Positions 27,551 to 37,381 are shown, numbered from the stretch's first letter. The stretch is 64,000 nucleotides of DNA from a virus (IMGVR_UViG_2700989005_000001:32001-96000); one strand, 5' to 3'. Notes: generated by a model from the sequence alone, not told the origin. A program made the numbers and translations.

Positions 27551-27829
27551 GTGACAGTACAAAAAGAAATTGTCTGGAAACGTCACGTATGTTTAACGTA
27601 CTATCATGCGTTTATAATCACGTTCAATGTATTCATTGCATCGTCAATGTATGAACATGCAGTACCGACAATCATCGGGTTGCTACCTGGGATGGCGATT
27701 GGTGTCAGTTCATGGCTAATTTTTGAAATGTGGTTCGATAATAGAAAAACATTCGTTAAAGATGTGCAGGCGCCAGTAAAACATCTGATTACGTACCTCA
27801 TTGAAAAAATGAGTAAGAAAAATGCCTAA
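27551..27829 (+). CDS. membrane protein
   Basis: GGAG RBS, GTG start, two TM segments. Confidence 0.7.
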   Translation: MTVQKEIVWKRHVCLTYYHAFIITFNVFIASSMYEHAVPTIIGLLPGMAIGVSSWLIFEMWFDNRKTFVKDVQAPVKHLITYLIEKMSKKNA

Positions 27830-27978
27830 AGCAATATTCACGCTATTTCGAATAGTCGCAATCTATGCAGTTGGTGTAATGACACCGACTCTATACTCAC
27901 ACAACCCAATGATGCTCATCGCACCCGCGATGGTTGTAATCGGGTTCGGTGTTTCACTAATCACGGATATAGCATCTA

Positions 27979-28713
27979 ATGAAAAAAGCTAAAATCGAAG
28001 CAAAAATCGGTATGTCGTCTCTTTGTGGTGTATCAGGTTCATTCCCGTTCGCACACGGCAATTACTGTAGCAACTCACAAGGCTATTACTTTGTCAACTT
28101 ATGGGCAGAGAATCTTAAACATCTAGTAGCTAACGATTACTTGCCTGACGGGCAAATCGAAGTGCTGTTGTTTAGAGACAATATGCAACAAAACTATCGT
28201 TATGCCTACGTTATTGACGAACGTGTGCCGAAAGAAGCAATTCACGCGCCATACTTCTGCGGCATTGCGACCTCAGTTGAGATCATGCGCTATCACTACC
28301 AAACACCAGACGATAAATGTCTATGTCATACTGAAGATCACAGATTGCTTAGTGTGCGTTCGCAAGACATGAAAGGTCGTACAGTACGTCATTGCCCTGA
28401 GTGCGACACTCGCTACACTATTCAGATGCCAAGGCGCGACGCTATCTTTCGTGTTCAGACGTTTACCGAGGACGGCTGGGGCAAGTGGAAGCTTCTGTAT
28501 CACACGGGTGGTGTTTTCTACACGATTCCTGAAAATGAGCCGGTAGCTGCCGAAGACATCATCAAGGTTGACGTGAAACCGGTGAATGAATTCGGTACTG
28601 GCGACGATCAGCAAGCGGCAATCTCGCTTGAGCAATTTAACTTCAGTGGCGTTGTTGAGAAAGCAATCCCACAAGAAGTAGACGGCAAGATTGAATATTT
28701 TGTACAAAAATAG
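27979..28713 (+). CDS. hypothetical protein with Zn ribbon
   Basis: CLCH...CPEC; VN.WAEN. Confidence 0.8.
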   Translation: MKKAKIEAKIGMSSLCGVSGSFPFAHGNYCSNSQGYYFVNLWAENLKHLVANDYLPDGQIEVLLFRDNMQQNYRYAYVIDERVPKEAIHAPYFCGIATSVEIMRYHYQTPDDKCLCHTEDHRLLSVRSQDMKGRTVRHCPECDTRYTIQMPRRDAIFRVQTFTEDGWGKWKLLYHTGGVFYTIPENEPVAAEDIIKVDVKPVNEFGTGDDQQAAISLEQFNFSGVVEKAIPQEVDGKIEYFVQK

Positions 28714-28734
28714 TACAAAAATCGGCGTTCCTGC

Positions 28735-28768
28735 GGAGCTGAGTGTCTGACGACACTGTTTCAGCTCC
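28735..28768 (+). other. GC-rich intergenic hairpin
   Basis: GGAGCTGA-GTGTC-TGAC-GACAC-(TGTT)-TCAGCTCC. Confidence 0.6.
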
Positions 28769-28787
28769 TTGGTTTATTGAGGTACTT

Positions 28788-29105
28788 ATGGTATTCACTG
28801 AAGAGCAGCTTGATCAAGTCGAGCACAACTACTCGCATATTGATACTGTCAATCTTGCAGATAGAAAGGGCGTGCCACAAGCGAAGTATGTCATAGAGAT
28901 ACGACAAGGCACGTATACTAAATTCAAAACATCTTGGTTAAGTCAAGATTCATGCGAAGAGCGAGATATTGACCCAGAGCTAGTCGGTTATTGGATCTTA
29001 TCAGACGCAATCGACCCTTATTGGTACTCAGTTCAAGAATGCTTAGAGCAGTATGAATGGGAACCAGCACGCGAAGTAACAATCACAACATGGGAAGCAA
29101 TTTAA
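28788..29105 (+). CDS. hypothetical protein
   Basis: GAGGT RBS before ATG 28788. Confidence 0.75.
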   Translation: MVFTEEQLDQVEHNYSHIDTVNLADRKGVPQAKYVIEIRQGTYTKFKTSWLSQDSCEERDIDPELVGYWILSDAIDPYWYSVQECLEQYEWEPAREVTITTWEAI

Positions 29106-29479
29106 TGAGCACAAATTCAAGCATTAGCATTACACAAGAAAACGGTCAAGTTCGTTCAATCTACTGTCACTGGGATGGTGGTTTATGGGATGGTGGTGTT
29201 GCTGACAATCTACTTCAGTTCTACCGAACAGAAAACGAAATCAATGCACTTATCGATCAAGGTGAATGTAGCTCACTTAGTGGTACAATCGAAGATAGCG
29301 TTTTCTACGCTCGTGATCGTGGTGAAGACCTTACGATTTACATCGACAACATCCCCGAGCAAGAATACAACTACATGTTTAAAGACGGTAAATGGTTTGT
29401 ATGTTGTCCTGAAACAAATTGGGAAGATGTCGTTCTAACAAACGAGCTTCGAATTGAACTTGAAAACTGTGAAGACTAA
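29105..29479 (+). CDS. hypothetical protein (YCHWDG motif)
   Basis: MST.S.I...SIYCHWDG...EYNY.F..GKW. Confidence 0.8.
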   Translation: MSTNSSISITQENGQVRSIYCHWDGGLWDGGVADNLLQFYRTENEINALIDQGECSSLSGTIEDSVFYARDRGEDLTIYIDNIPEQEYNYMFKDGKWFVCCPETNWEDVVLTNELRIELENCED

Positions 29480-29481
29480 TC

Positions 29482-29841
29482 ATGTCAAATTATCAACCCG
29501 AAGAAATAATCAAAGACGCTTCTGGTAACGAATATCAGATCGGCGCGTATTATAAAGTCACTGAGACTGAACCCAATTGGGGATTTCGAGAATCTAGAAT
29601 CGTACAGATGGTTCCTAATTTCGATTTTGCATATCATACAGTCGAAGAAGTTCACGGTGTATTCGGTACAATTCGCAAGCCGCCTCCGAAATTAATCGAA
29701 GGCAAAGCATATATGTTCTGCATGTGTGATTCTAACGAGCGTAGCGTAGGCATATGGGGCGGAATAGACAAAGGCTTTGTATGCGGTCCCGTTAATCTTA
29801 AAATGTCTCAAATCGACGCACAGACGCTCTCAGAGGTATAG
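29482..29841 (+). CDS. hypothetical protein
   Basis: Co-oriented ORF. Confidence 0.75.
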   Translation: MSNYQPEEIIKDASGNEYQIGAYYKVTETEPNWGFRESRIVQMVPNFDFAYHTVEEVHGVFGTIRKPPPKLIEGKAYMFCMCDSNERSVGIWGGIDKGFVCGPVNLKMSQIDAQTLSEV

Positions 29842-30120
29842 ATGAAAACTACGTTCTTTAATGCATCGGGAAATGAAATGAGCTATCAATGGTTTCACGT
29901 ACCGTTTGCTTATACAAAAGTGAATCTCGGTAACAAGCAATTGGTGATTGCTGAGATTTCACGTAATGTAAAACGCATCGCGTATGCATTACGAAACAAC
30001 GATACAGGTCGTATTGGTATTGTTCGCTTTAAACCGATTCATGAAGATCGTAAGCGCGGAAAATACTTCGAATACAAAGGTAATAAAGTTTTCTTGAAAG
30101 ATGTCGGGGTTGTTCTATGA
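29842..30120 (+). CDS. hypothetical protein
   Basis: GAGGT RBS. Confidence 0.75.
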   Translation: MKTTFFNASGNEMSYQWFHVPFAYTKVNLGNKQLVIAEISRNVKRIAYALRNNDTGRIGIVRFKPIHEDRKRGKYFEYKGNKVFLKDVGVVL

Positions 30121-30296
30121 AGTGTGAAATCTGCGGACACCCTGACGGGTACAGTGATGGTGTTGGTATGATTCTGTGCAATGACTGCTACAGTTTAGCA
30201 CGCAGACCATTTATTGGCTACACTGAAGAAGAAAAGCCAGTTATCGTGCCTCCGTCACTTATAGACAAAATCAAAAAACTTTTCGAAAAGGGTTGA
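30117..30296 (+). CDS. small Zn-finger protein (59 aa)
   Basis: Translated by hand: MKCEICG...LCNDC; ATGA overlap. Confidence 0.6.
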   Translation: MKCEICGHPDGYSDGVGMILCNDCYSLARRPFIGYTEEEKPVIVPPSLIDKIKKLFEKG

Positions 30297-30358
30297 CAGA
30301 TGTCAGCCCTTTTTTGTATTATAGCTACATCGAAACGACAACGACTAAAGAGAACATT
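30286..30358 (+). promoter_or_regulatory. early promoter/terminator stem-loop with conserved leader
   Basis: GGGTTGACA-GA-TGTCAGCCC-TTTTTT; TATTAT 30317-30322; ATCGAAACGACAACGACTA as at 4092. Confidence 0.8.
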
Positions 30359-30667
30359 ATGATTACACTATCTACAAACAAAGAACAACTAGCTATCTTC
30401 TGCGTACTTGATTCAGCACTAAGTGCTCCAATCATGAACTTTGTTAAAACAAAGACAGTTCTCGACTCTACTGTGTATGAACTTGAGTTGTTGTACCATC
30501 TTGAGTTGTCACGCGAAGATGTTCTTGCATTAGCAAAAGCAGTTCAAGCAAGTGACTTCGATCACGTCGATGAAATCGGTCTTATCTTCAACGAATCAAT
30601 GTCAGAAATGCTTTTTGAAATCTACGAAGAAAACGACACAGAATCTGTTCACGGTATCGCACTATAA
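30359..30667 (+). CDS. hypothetical early protein
   Basis: Canonical leader. Confidence 0.8.
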   Translation: MITLSTNKEQLAIFCVLDSALSAPIMNFVKTKTVLDSTVYELELLYHLELSREDVLALAKAVQASDFDHVDEIGLIFNESMSEMLFEIYEENDTESVHGIAL

Positions 30668-30677
30668 GGAGCGCATT

Positions 30678-31130
30678 ATGATTTACTCATTATCACCTGT
30701 ACTTTGGTCTTTTCAAGATGTTGAGCGACAAACCGGTCTTCGAATTTGGGAAGAAATGATCTCTAACGTCGAAGGCACTGGCATTCGTTTGTTTGCTGCG
30801 AAGTACAATCAATTTGTTTTTGATGCAGTTCACTCTAGCATACCGCTATGTGATCACTTTAATGTACTCGAACCGCTAGATGCGACAATCAACTTTCATA
30901 AAAACAGCTACACGATTGTTATCATTACAGAAGATTCATTTGATGTGCTTTTCTCAGAGCGTGCAAGCGAACGTACAATCGCTGACGTTGAAGAACTTAT
31001 CAACAATTGTGCTGAAAGATGGAATGAAGATCGTCTATGCACGCACGAGCAGCGTTACACAATCGAGTGGTGCAGTGCTAGTCAAGACTACATCATCAAC
31101 ACAGTGTCATTTGACCGTAAGTGGGGTTAA
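30678..31130 (+). CDS. hypothetical protein
   Basis: AAGGAG RBS. Confidence 0.75.
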   Translation: MIYSLSPVLWSFQDVERQTGLRIWEEMISNVEGTGIRLFAAKYNQFVFDAVHSSIPLCDHFNVLEPLDATINFHKNSYTIVIITEDSFDVLFSERASERTIADVEELINNCAERWNEDRLCTHEQRYTIEWCSASQDYIINTVSFDRKWG

Positions 31131-31132
31131 TC

Positions 31133-31390
31133 ATGGAATGGCTTATTTTCTCGGGAGTATGTGCTTGTATTGCCATATATCTGACTTGCAAAAAAGACTG
31201 CAAGCATGACTGGATGATCGTCAAAGACGAAACAACGAAATCAAGTGGTGAAGTATACGGCGAAATGACAGGCAACGTCCCAACACCTCGTAACTCATAT
31301 CACATGCAAGAACTCACGTCACGCAAGCGTATTATCATTATGACGTGCGTGAAATGTGGTAAGATAGACAAAACAGTGGAGACTATCTAA
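31133..31390 (+). CDS. membrane-anchored Zn-binding protein
   Basis: N-terminal TM, CKHDW...CVKCG. Confidence 0.7.
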   Translation: MEWLIFSGVCACIAIYLTCKKDCKHDWMIVKDETTKSSGEVYGEMTGNVPTPRNSYHMQELTSRKRIIIMTCVKCGKIDKTVETI

Positions 31391-31677
31391 TGCAGTACAC
31401 GTTAGAATTACTAAATGAAAAGCTCGAATCTCTGAAGAAAAAACAATTTGGGTGGGTTGTAGCATTGCCTCACAAACAAGGTGGTGAAATTGCAGTTGTT
31501 CAGAAAATCATTTCTGACATTGCAGTACAGATTACATCAATCGAGCACGATATTAAACTTATCGAAGCTTCACGCGGGTTAAACGCAACGACTGTTAAGC
31601 AATTAGTTGATGAGCACTACCGTGTACATCACGGACTTGATGAAAACGACAACTTTATTACACGAGCGGCAGACTAA
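31390..31677 (+). CDS. hypothetical protein
   Basis: TAATG overlaps. Confidence 0.75.
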   Translation: MQYTLELLNEKLESLKKKQFGWVVALPHKQGGEIAVVQKIISDIAVQITSIEHDIKLIEASRGLNATTVKQLVDEHYRVHHGLDENDNFITRAAD

Positions 31678-32501
31678 TGGAAATTGAAATCGAACGTAAA
31701 TGGCTAGTTACTGGCGAACAATATCGCGAATTTGTAAACTGGCTGAGCTATCGTGACAGCGACACCACGGGAATGAACATATATCAACGTTATTTCAAGA
31801 AAAATGAAATCGCTTTTATTGATGGTTCGTTTTACATCAACAGTCGAGTGAAAGCACATCGCGGTTATCTAATCAAAGCACCGAAAGATTGCCCTGACTT
31901 AACTGGCGTGAATCTACGTAAGCTCGGTGCTCGTATGCGTCGAACTGTGCATGAAGATTCATCTGAAAGTCTTGAATTCACTATCAAGTTACCTCACGGT
32001 GACGGAATTTCAAAGCGTGAAATCAACATTCCACTAGAGTATGGTTATACAGATTTGATCGTTGATGCGATTGAGAAAGATGACAAGCTCAATCACAATA
32101 CAACTGAAGTGACACCAACTGGTTTGATTAAAAAAGTTCGTTGGTCTGGTGAAGTTGATGACGTGCATTATGACGCTGATCGATTCACCAATCGCCCGTT
32201 TTACATCATCGAAGCTGAATTCAATAACGAAGAAGATGCAGATGCATTCGTCGCTCCGTTCGAGTTCATTCGTGAAGTGACAGAAGATAAGCGATTTAGC
32301 AATAAGCGAATGGCATGGAATCACGATGTTGCAGATGGGTTGGTTAATAACATTCGCATGTACATCGAGCAGCTTGAGAAAGAAGCGAATGCATTGCGAG
32401 GTGACACGCTTGTTTCAATGCGCGAAAGCGTAACGAACGAAATCATGGCAGAACGTTACGAGAAAATTGCTCGTGACTTAAAACACATTGTAGGTGCGTA
32501 A
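31677..32501 (+). CDS. CYTH-domain (triphosphate tunnel metalloenzyme / class IV adenylate cyclase-like) protein
   Basis: EIERKW (ExExK), Q.Y, RMR, TIK, RE, KVR, D.F, EAE, EVT.D.RFSN. Confidence 0.85.
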   Translation: MEIEIERKWLVTGEQYREFVNWLSYRDSDTTGMNIYQRYFKKNEIAFIDGSFYINSRVKAHRGYLIKAPKDCPDLTGVNLRKLGARMRRTVHEDSSESLEFTIKLPHGDGISKREINIPLEYGYTDLIVDAIEKDDKLNHNTTEVTPTGLIKKVRWSGEVDDVHYDADRFTNRPFYIIEAEFNNEEDADAFVAPFEFIREVTEDKRFSNKRMAWNHDVADGLVNNIRMYIEQLEKEANALRGDTLVSMRESVTNEIMAERYEKIARDLKHIVGA

Positions 32502-32983
32502 TGAAAGTATATGCAATTCACATTAACAATTTAACAACTGGTATGATGTGCGGTTCATCAATCGCACAAGGTAGTTTCAATCTAATTGTAGATCGACTTC
32601 CAGCCGAAGCAGTATATGAACGCCACGGTCGTTTTCTGATCAGTAACACAGACGGTGTTTGGCGTCACTTTACAATCGGCGAGCAAGGTGGGTTTGCGGG
32701 GCGCACATTCAAGCTCCGAATGAAAGGTGGTACTGTATTCAAGAACAAAGGTTATCACTATGAAGAATTCAAAGGTAATCTTTGGGATACCGCTGCGGGT
32801 TTACAAAAGTGCATGGAACTTGCAGGTGGGCCGTTGATGAGCGTTTCACTACGACCAGATCATGAAAACGGCTGTTTCATTGGCGGGTATTACTTTAGTC
32901 AAGAGGAAATCTTACTGAAGTTCAGCCACTTGATTCGTTTCGCATCGCCGACACAAAACAAAGCAATTACATTTGGTGAGTAA
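32501..32983 (+). CDS. hypothetical protein
   Basis: GFAGR.F...G.LWD. Confidence 0.8.
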   Translation: MKVYAIHINNLTTGMMCGSSIAQGSFNLIVDRLPAEAVYERHGRFLISNTDGVWRHFTIGEQGGFAGRTFKLRMKGGTVFKNKGYHYEEFKGNLWDTAAGLQKCMELAGGPLMSVSLRPDHENGCFIGGYYFSQEEILLKFSHLIRFASPTQNKAITFGE

Positions 32984-33517
32984 ATGAATAGTCATAGAGC
33001 AGAAATCATCGCGTTGAAAAGGCGAGTATCCAAGCTTGAAGATTTGGTGAAAACTCTCATGCAACGTGACGTTACACCCCGTAACGTTTCAGAACTAGAC
33101 GAAGATGAAGAGTTTATTTCTCTTCATCCCGTCGATGACATGTTCGATATGTTCCGAATCAAACGCGAGTTGTTGCAAAAGATGACACAGCCATCAGAGC
33201 GTTATCTAAAAATCACATTTGATAACTACCCTGACGTAGCGAGACACAAAGTGTATCAGAATCATCTAATGGTAGATGTTGGTATGTCATACGCGGAACG
33301 TAAGAAACTTGCAAAGACTCGTTACATGATTGCAGATGAAATGTCAATTGGTGATGAGTTTGAATGCCCTGGGTGTGGTGAGAAAGTTATCAAGAAATCT
33401 TATCAACATCGTTTCTGTGGCGTGAAGAAGCAAGGTCAGAGCAATTGCAAAGACTTTATCAACAATTGGTTTAACCCGAAGCGTTTAGAACGCACGCTAA
33501 AATGGTTGGAGTCATGA
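32984..33517 (+). CDS. hypothetical protein with C-terminal Zn finger
   Basis: CPGCG....K.SYQ..FC...CKD. Confidence 0.8.
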   Translation: MNSHRAEIIALKRRVSKLEDLVKTLMQRDVTPRNVSELDEDEEFISLHPVDDMFDMFRIKRELLQKMTQPSERYLKITFDNYPDVARHKVYQNHLMVDVGMSYAERKKLAKTRYMIADEMSIGDEFECPGCGEKVIKKSYQHRFCGVKKQGQSNCKDFINNWFNPKRLERTLKWLES

Positions 33518-33753
33518 TGAAAATCAGATTTATTGAACTAGAAAATGGCTACGGTAAAAAAGTATATCAAATTCAAGAAAAGGTTTGGTATTGGCCATTC
33601 TGGACAACCGTAACTAAACCAAATGGTTACGGCGGTAGTTATGTCGTTGAGAGAGATAATGTCGAAGCACTTGTTGAGTTCTTGCAACTAGAAGAGCGAA
33701 AAGAACGCAGAAAAGCGCGAAAGTTTAGAAAGGTAGTAGGGACTTATGATTAA
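33514..33753 (+). CDS. hypothetical protein
   Basis: GGAG RBS. Confidence 0.7.
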   Translation: MMKIRFIELENGYGKKVYQIQEKVWYWPFWTTVTKPNGYGGSYVVERDNVEALVEFLQLEERKERRKARKFRKVVGTYD

Positions 33754-34096
33754 TTTGATAACACAATTATTTTCTAAGAAGCACTGGAAAGTCATAGGTC
33801 GTTCTGAAAACATAGATCTGTGGACAGTAACAGATCGCAAACCACAAGTGAAGTGTCGCTTGCTATTAAAAGAAGACCAATTCGGTAATCGAGATTACGA
33901 GCTAGACATGCTCGACGATACAAAATCAAATTACAACTCTCATACTCGATACTTGATGATTGACCAAATCATCCCGCGTGAGTATGTTCAAAAGTTCTTG
34001 AAAGGTTGGTCTGTAGACAAAATCAATCGCATTTACGGTAAAACTGTCTTTACTATAGAGAAAACACCATACGAGTCTTTCAAAGACTGGCGTTAA
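33746..34096 (+). CDS. hypothetical protein, likely paralog of 36953-37381
   Basis: WKV...KCR...D...R. Confidence 0.75.
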   Translation: MINLITQLFSKKHWKVIGRSENIDLWTVTDRKPQVKCRLLLKEDQFGNRDYELDMLDDTKSNYNSHTRYLMIDQIIPREYVQKFLKGWSVDKINRIYGKTVFTIEKTPYESFKDWR

Positions 34097-34097
34097 T

Positions 34098-34123
34098 AAA
34101 AGCCCCTTAATCGGGGCTTTTTT
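34098..34123 (+). terminator. rho-independent terminator (repeated type)
   Basis: AAAAGCCCCTTAATCGGGGCTTTTTT. Confidence 0.85.
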
Positions 34124-34152
34124 AGGTCTGAAGAAAATATTTGAAAAAGTTC

Positions 34153-34216
34153 TTGACGAGTGTTTAGAATTTACCTATTATGTGTATATCGAAACGAAAC
34201 ACAGAAAGAGAAAATT
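34153..34216 (+). promoter_or_regulatory. early promoter with conserved leader
   Basis: TTGACG 34153-34158, TATTAT 34176-34181, ATCGAAACGA. Confidence 0.75.
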
Positions 34217-34546
34217 ATGACAAAAATTACTATGACAAGCGATATTCACTTCGGTCACGCTTCTGTATCATCAAATGATTTAGTGACTAAGCTGTTCAAA
34301 GAAGTACTGCGTAGTAACAACGTTGGTTATGGCAAGCTTTACCGCGAGAAACGCACGTCAACGCATCGTAGCAACATTTCTGGTAAGAGCGTACGATTTG
34401 TCGGGATACGTCTTTCTGTCCCTGAGAAGACGATACAGAAGGTTCTACGCGAGTTTAACGACATGCTTCCAAATGACTATGTTGTCGAGTACAACAAACC
34501 GTGGTGTCGTTATGCACATGCATCATTTCAAATTTTTAAGAAGTAG
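34217..34546 (+). CDS. hypothetical early protein
   Basis: ATG after leader. Confidence 0.75.
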   Translation: MTKITMTSDIHFGHASVSSNDLVTKLFKEVLRSNNVGYGKLYREKRTSTHRSNISGKSVRFVGIRLSVPEKTIQKVLREFNDMLPNDYVVEYNKPWCRYAHASFQIFKK

Positions 34547-34549
34547 ATT

Positions 34550-34897
34550 ATGATTAAAAAAGACGTTAGTCGCCTCACTGTAGGCGACATCACAGAAGAT
34601 ACATTCTGGAATAGCACTGAATGTCTTAAAGAAGGCAAGTACTTACTGACTGGCGTTCAGAAAAACGGCGAAAAGCTACCTGAGTACGAGCACGATGAAC
34701 TAGAACACATTGTCGCAGTCGTCGAACAGTCGATTTTAGATCGAAGCAGTGGCTCTTACATGCGACAGTTCAATCGTCACATTGTACTTGAGTCGTCTGA
34801 AAACGTGTTGCACGTTCGTCTTGGTTACGGTTCAAAAGATAATCGTTCACCTGGTAATTATCTTCACGAGATAAAAATAGAGGTTAAAAATGACTAA
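34550..34897 (+). CDS. hypothetical protein
   Basis: Co-oriented ORF. Confidence 0.75.
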   Translation: MIKKDVSRLTVGDITEDTFWNSTECLKEGKYLLTGVQKNGEKLPEYEHDELEHIVAVVEQSILDRSSGSYMRQFNRHIVLESSENVLHVRLGYGSKDNRSPGNYLHEIKIEVKND

Positions 34898-35357
34898 AGG
34901 TTGGTCTGATTACGAGCTTGAAGGTCGCTCAAAACAAGAACCTAAACGACACAAAATGCAAGACACCGTTGATGAAATGTGTCGTGTTATGCGAGAGACA
35001 CCTGATAAATTCGAAACAACCACATATCGAGTTGATTTTGACAATGGTGTTTGCTTATGGCGCAGTGACTTTCGTGATATTTGGAACGGGAACACAACAG
35101 AGCGCGTATTCACAACTGAGCAATCTCGTCAATTACGTGCTGCATATACAGAAGCAATGGAATTCAAGAAGTCTCGAACGCAAGAAACTATTGCTAAAAA
35201 GTTCAAGCCGAAAAAGAAAGCGACGAAAATTCAACATGTCGAGCAATCTAAAACAGATTCACTTCGTTCTCAAACAGAGCGTGATCGCGGTATTGGTGTA
35301 GTAGTCCTAGGTGAGACTCAGAAAAAAGAAAAGAAATGGTGGGAGTTTTGGAAATGA
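34890..35357 (+). CDS. hypothetical protein with KKWWEFWK tail
   Basis: GAGGT RBS; amphipathic C-terminal motif. Confidence 0.8.
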   Translation: MTKGWSDYELEGRSKQEPKRHKMQDTVDEMCRVMRETPDKFETTTYRVDFDNGVCLWRSDFRDIWNGNTTERVFTTEQSRQLRAAYTEAMEFKKSRTQETIAKKFKPKKKATKIQHVEQSKTDSLRSQTERDRGIGVVVLGETQKKEKKWWEFWK

Positions 35358-35818
35358 AATCACAAGAAGAATTTGCACGTCAAGCAATGCGCGTAAGAGC
35401 AGCAGTTAGATTGTTTGATCCAGTCATTAGCTTCCAAGAAGCATTAAACGATGATTTGTCTCATCGTGGTCAGCGTGTCATGTCTGCTTTACCAGACAAC
35501 ATTCAGTACATGTGGCAGAAACGCGACGAAATGAACGAAAAGATTTTAGCTGAAATTAGTTGTATCGAAAAGCGCATTGACAAAACTCTATGCGAAATCA
35601 ACGACCCGTTACATGCAATCGGCAAAGACGTAGTGAAGAAATCAGGCAAACCGTTTAAAGGCGGTCAAGATATTGTTCGCGTGACTGGTATTACAAAGCA
35701 CCCGTATACTGAAGGTTATGCGTTCACGTACAATTACTCAGAAGACAACGGTCAGCTTGCACAGTCGTACATTCACACATCGATGGTAATTATCAACTAT
35801 TCTAGCTTGAAATTATGA
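35354..35818 (+). CDS. hypothetical protein
   Basis: IG..V.KKSGKPFK. Confidence 0.8.
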   Translation: MKSQEEFARQAMRVRAAVRLFDPVISFQEALNDDLSHRGQRVMSALPDNIQYMWQKRDEMNEKILAEISCIEKRIDKTLCEINDPLHAIGKDVVKKSGKPFKGGQDIVRVTGITKHPYTEGYAFTYNYSEDNGQLAQSYIHTSMVIINYSSLKL

Positions 35819-36285
35819 TCATTTATGAAAACGGGATGCCAGTCAACACCCATGAACCACAACAAGAGAGTAAAACAATGTTAGAAAAAGTAAACGAATT
35901 TGTAAAAGCAAAGCCACTTGTATCAATTTTAATCGCAGTTGCACTAGGTGTAGTCGGTACTAAAGTGATTCAATCAGACCCTTTAGCTGAAAAACCGCTA
36001 CTGAAATATCGTGTTGTGTATGAATACAACAAAGATTACGGTCGCGATTGTGGTGAATTAGGTAACGGCTACTACTGGTACACTCAAGAACTCAACGAAG
36101 GTATTATCTTCGATCATTGGGAGCCGAGTGGTTGGTGTGATGAAACCGAATCTGGTGCACGCGCTTTAGCTGAATCAGCCATCAAAAATCGCATCGAAAC
36201 AGAGAACTCAAAGAAACGAGTTTACCAAGCATGGGCAACTAAGGAAGACTCGGTACGATTCGAGCCTCTAAAGGTGATTGAATGA
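35815..36285 (+). CDS. membrane-anchored hypothetical protein
   Basis: One TM; start may be the later ATG at 35878. Confidence 0.75.
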   Translation: MIIYENGMPVNTHEPQQESKTMLEKVNEFVKAKPLVSILIAVALGVVGTKVIQSDPLAEKPLLKYRVVYEYNKDYGRDCGELGNGYYWYTQELNEGIIFDHWEPSGWCDETESGARALAESAIKNRIETENSKKRVYQAWATKEDSVRFEPLKVIE

Positions 36286-36611
36286 TCTCATTAACAACTT
36301 TACTTGCACTGTTCGCAGTGCATTTCATTGCTGATTTCTTCGTACAGACAGAACATCAAGCGTTAAACAAAAGCAAAAACATGTGGCCATTAGCAAGACA
36401 CTGTATCACGTATGCAATCTGCTTCTTGCCATTCGGTATCGTGTTTGCAATATTAACTGGTATGTTGCACATGGTCGTTGACTATGCGACTTCGAGAATG
36501 ACAAGCTCACTTTGGGCGAAAGGTGAAACTCGTAAGTTCTTCCAAGTCATTGGCTTTGACCAGTTCTTACATGCAGCTAGTTTGGTAACGATGTACGTTA
36601 TTTTAAATTAA
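36282..36611 (+). CDS. DUF3307-like membrane protein
   Basis: HF.ADF..Q...K...L..HC..Y...H..VD...G.DQ.LH. Confidence 0.8.
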   Translation: MISLTTLLALFAVHFIADFFVQTEHQALNKSKNMWPLARHCITYAICFLPFGIVFAILTGMLHMVVDYATSRMTSSLWAKGETRKFFQVIGFDQFLHAASLVTMYVILN

Positions 36612-36618
36612 TTGAAAA

Positions 36619-36694
36619 AAGTGGTTGCGCTATGCAGCCACTTTTATTATTATAGTCACAACAGCTAACGAGTTAAACAAAAAGAGAGAACATT
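36619..36694 (+). promoter_or_regulatory. early promoter/terminator stem-loop
   Basis: AAGTGGTTGC-GCTAT-GCAGCCACTT; TTGCGC 36625-36630, TATTAT 36648-36653; GAGAGAACATT. Confidence 0.8.
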
Positions 36695-36943
36695 ATGAAA
36701 ATCAATCTTCGCAAACTTCTAATGTGGTGGGACGAGAACGAGAAAGCAGCAGACGAGTTCACAAACTTCGTTCTTGAGTATGCAATGAAAGCAGGTAGCG
36801 ATAACTTCATTTCAGATTACGCAACATACTTACGTGATTCTGGCAAGTACACTGTCCCAAATCTAGCAGACTTAGAATCTCTTCTTCGCCATGCAGGTTT
36901 GCAAGCTGAATTCGACGGTCGTCACACTCGCATCGTTCTATAA
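36695..36943 (+). CDS. hypothetical early protein
   Basis: Canonical RBS. Confidence 0.8.
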   Translation: MKINLRKLLMWWDENEKAADEFTNFVLEYAMKAGSDNFISDYATYLRDSGKYTVPNLADLESLLRHAGLQAEFDGRHTRIVL

Positions 36944-36952
36944 GAGGTCAAC

Positions 36953-37381
36953 ATGTTAAAGAAACTTTTCAAAAAAATATTCCCAGACCGTGAATGGAAA
37001 GTAGCAGCTTACACAGAACAGAAATCATTCGATGTGTCTAGTTCATTTACATTTAAAGGAACGATCAAGTGTCGTGCAGTTATTCTAGTAGACAAGCATG
37101 ATCGCCGACAAGTTAGAGTCGTATTCGATGAGTACGATTATGGTCGAGATATCTCAGAGTACAACGAGAATTTGATTAGCAAGATTTTAAAGAACAGCAG
37201 CCTTGAATTGATTCGAAGCTCTATTAGTACTCGCAAGCTGAATAGCTATGAAGGGTTTGATTTGTGCGAACATCACGAAGCATTCTATGATTGGGAAACA
37301 TTCAAAAACGACTTTATCTATGGTGAAGTTGACTTAGAAGGCAATCTAATCGAGAAGAGCGAAGCGACAGAAACCGATTAG
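36953..37381 (+). CDS. hypothetical protein
   Basis: GAGGT RBS. Confidence 0.8.
   Translation: MLKKLFKKIFPDREWKVAAYTEQKSFDVSSSFTFKGTIKCRAVILVDKHDRRQVRVVFDEYDYGRDISEYNENLISKILKNSSLELIRSSISTRKLNSYEGFDLCEHHEAFYDWETFKNDFIYGEVDLEGNLIEKSEATETD

Noticed and set aside
34217-34546. SDIHFGH suggesting a metallophosphoesterase
   Set aside because: Only the first motif is present; GD, GNH and GH.H are missing and the protein is too short.
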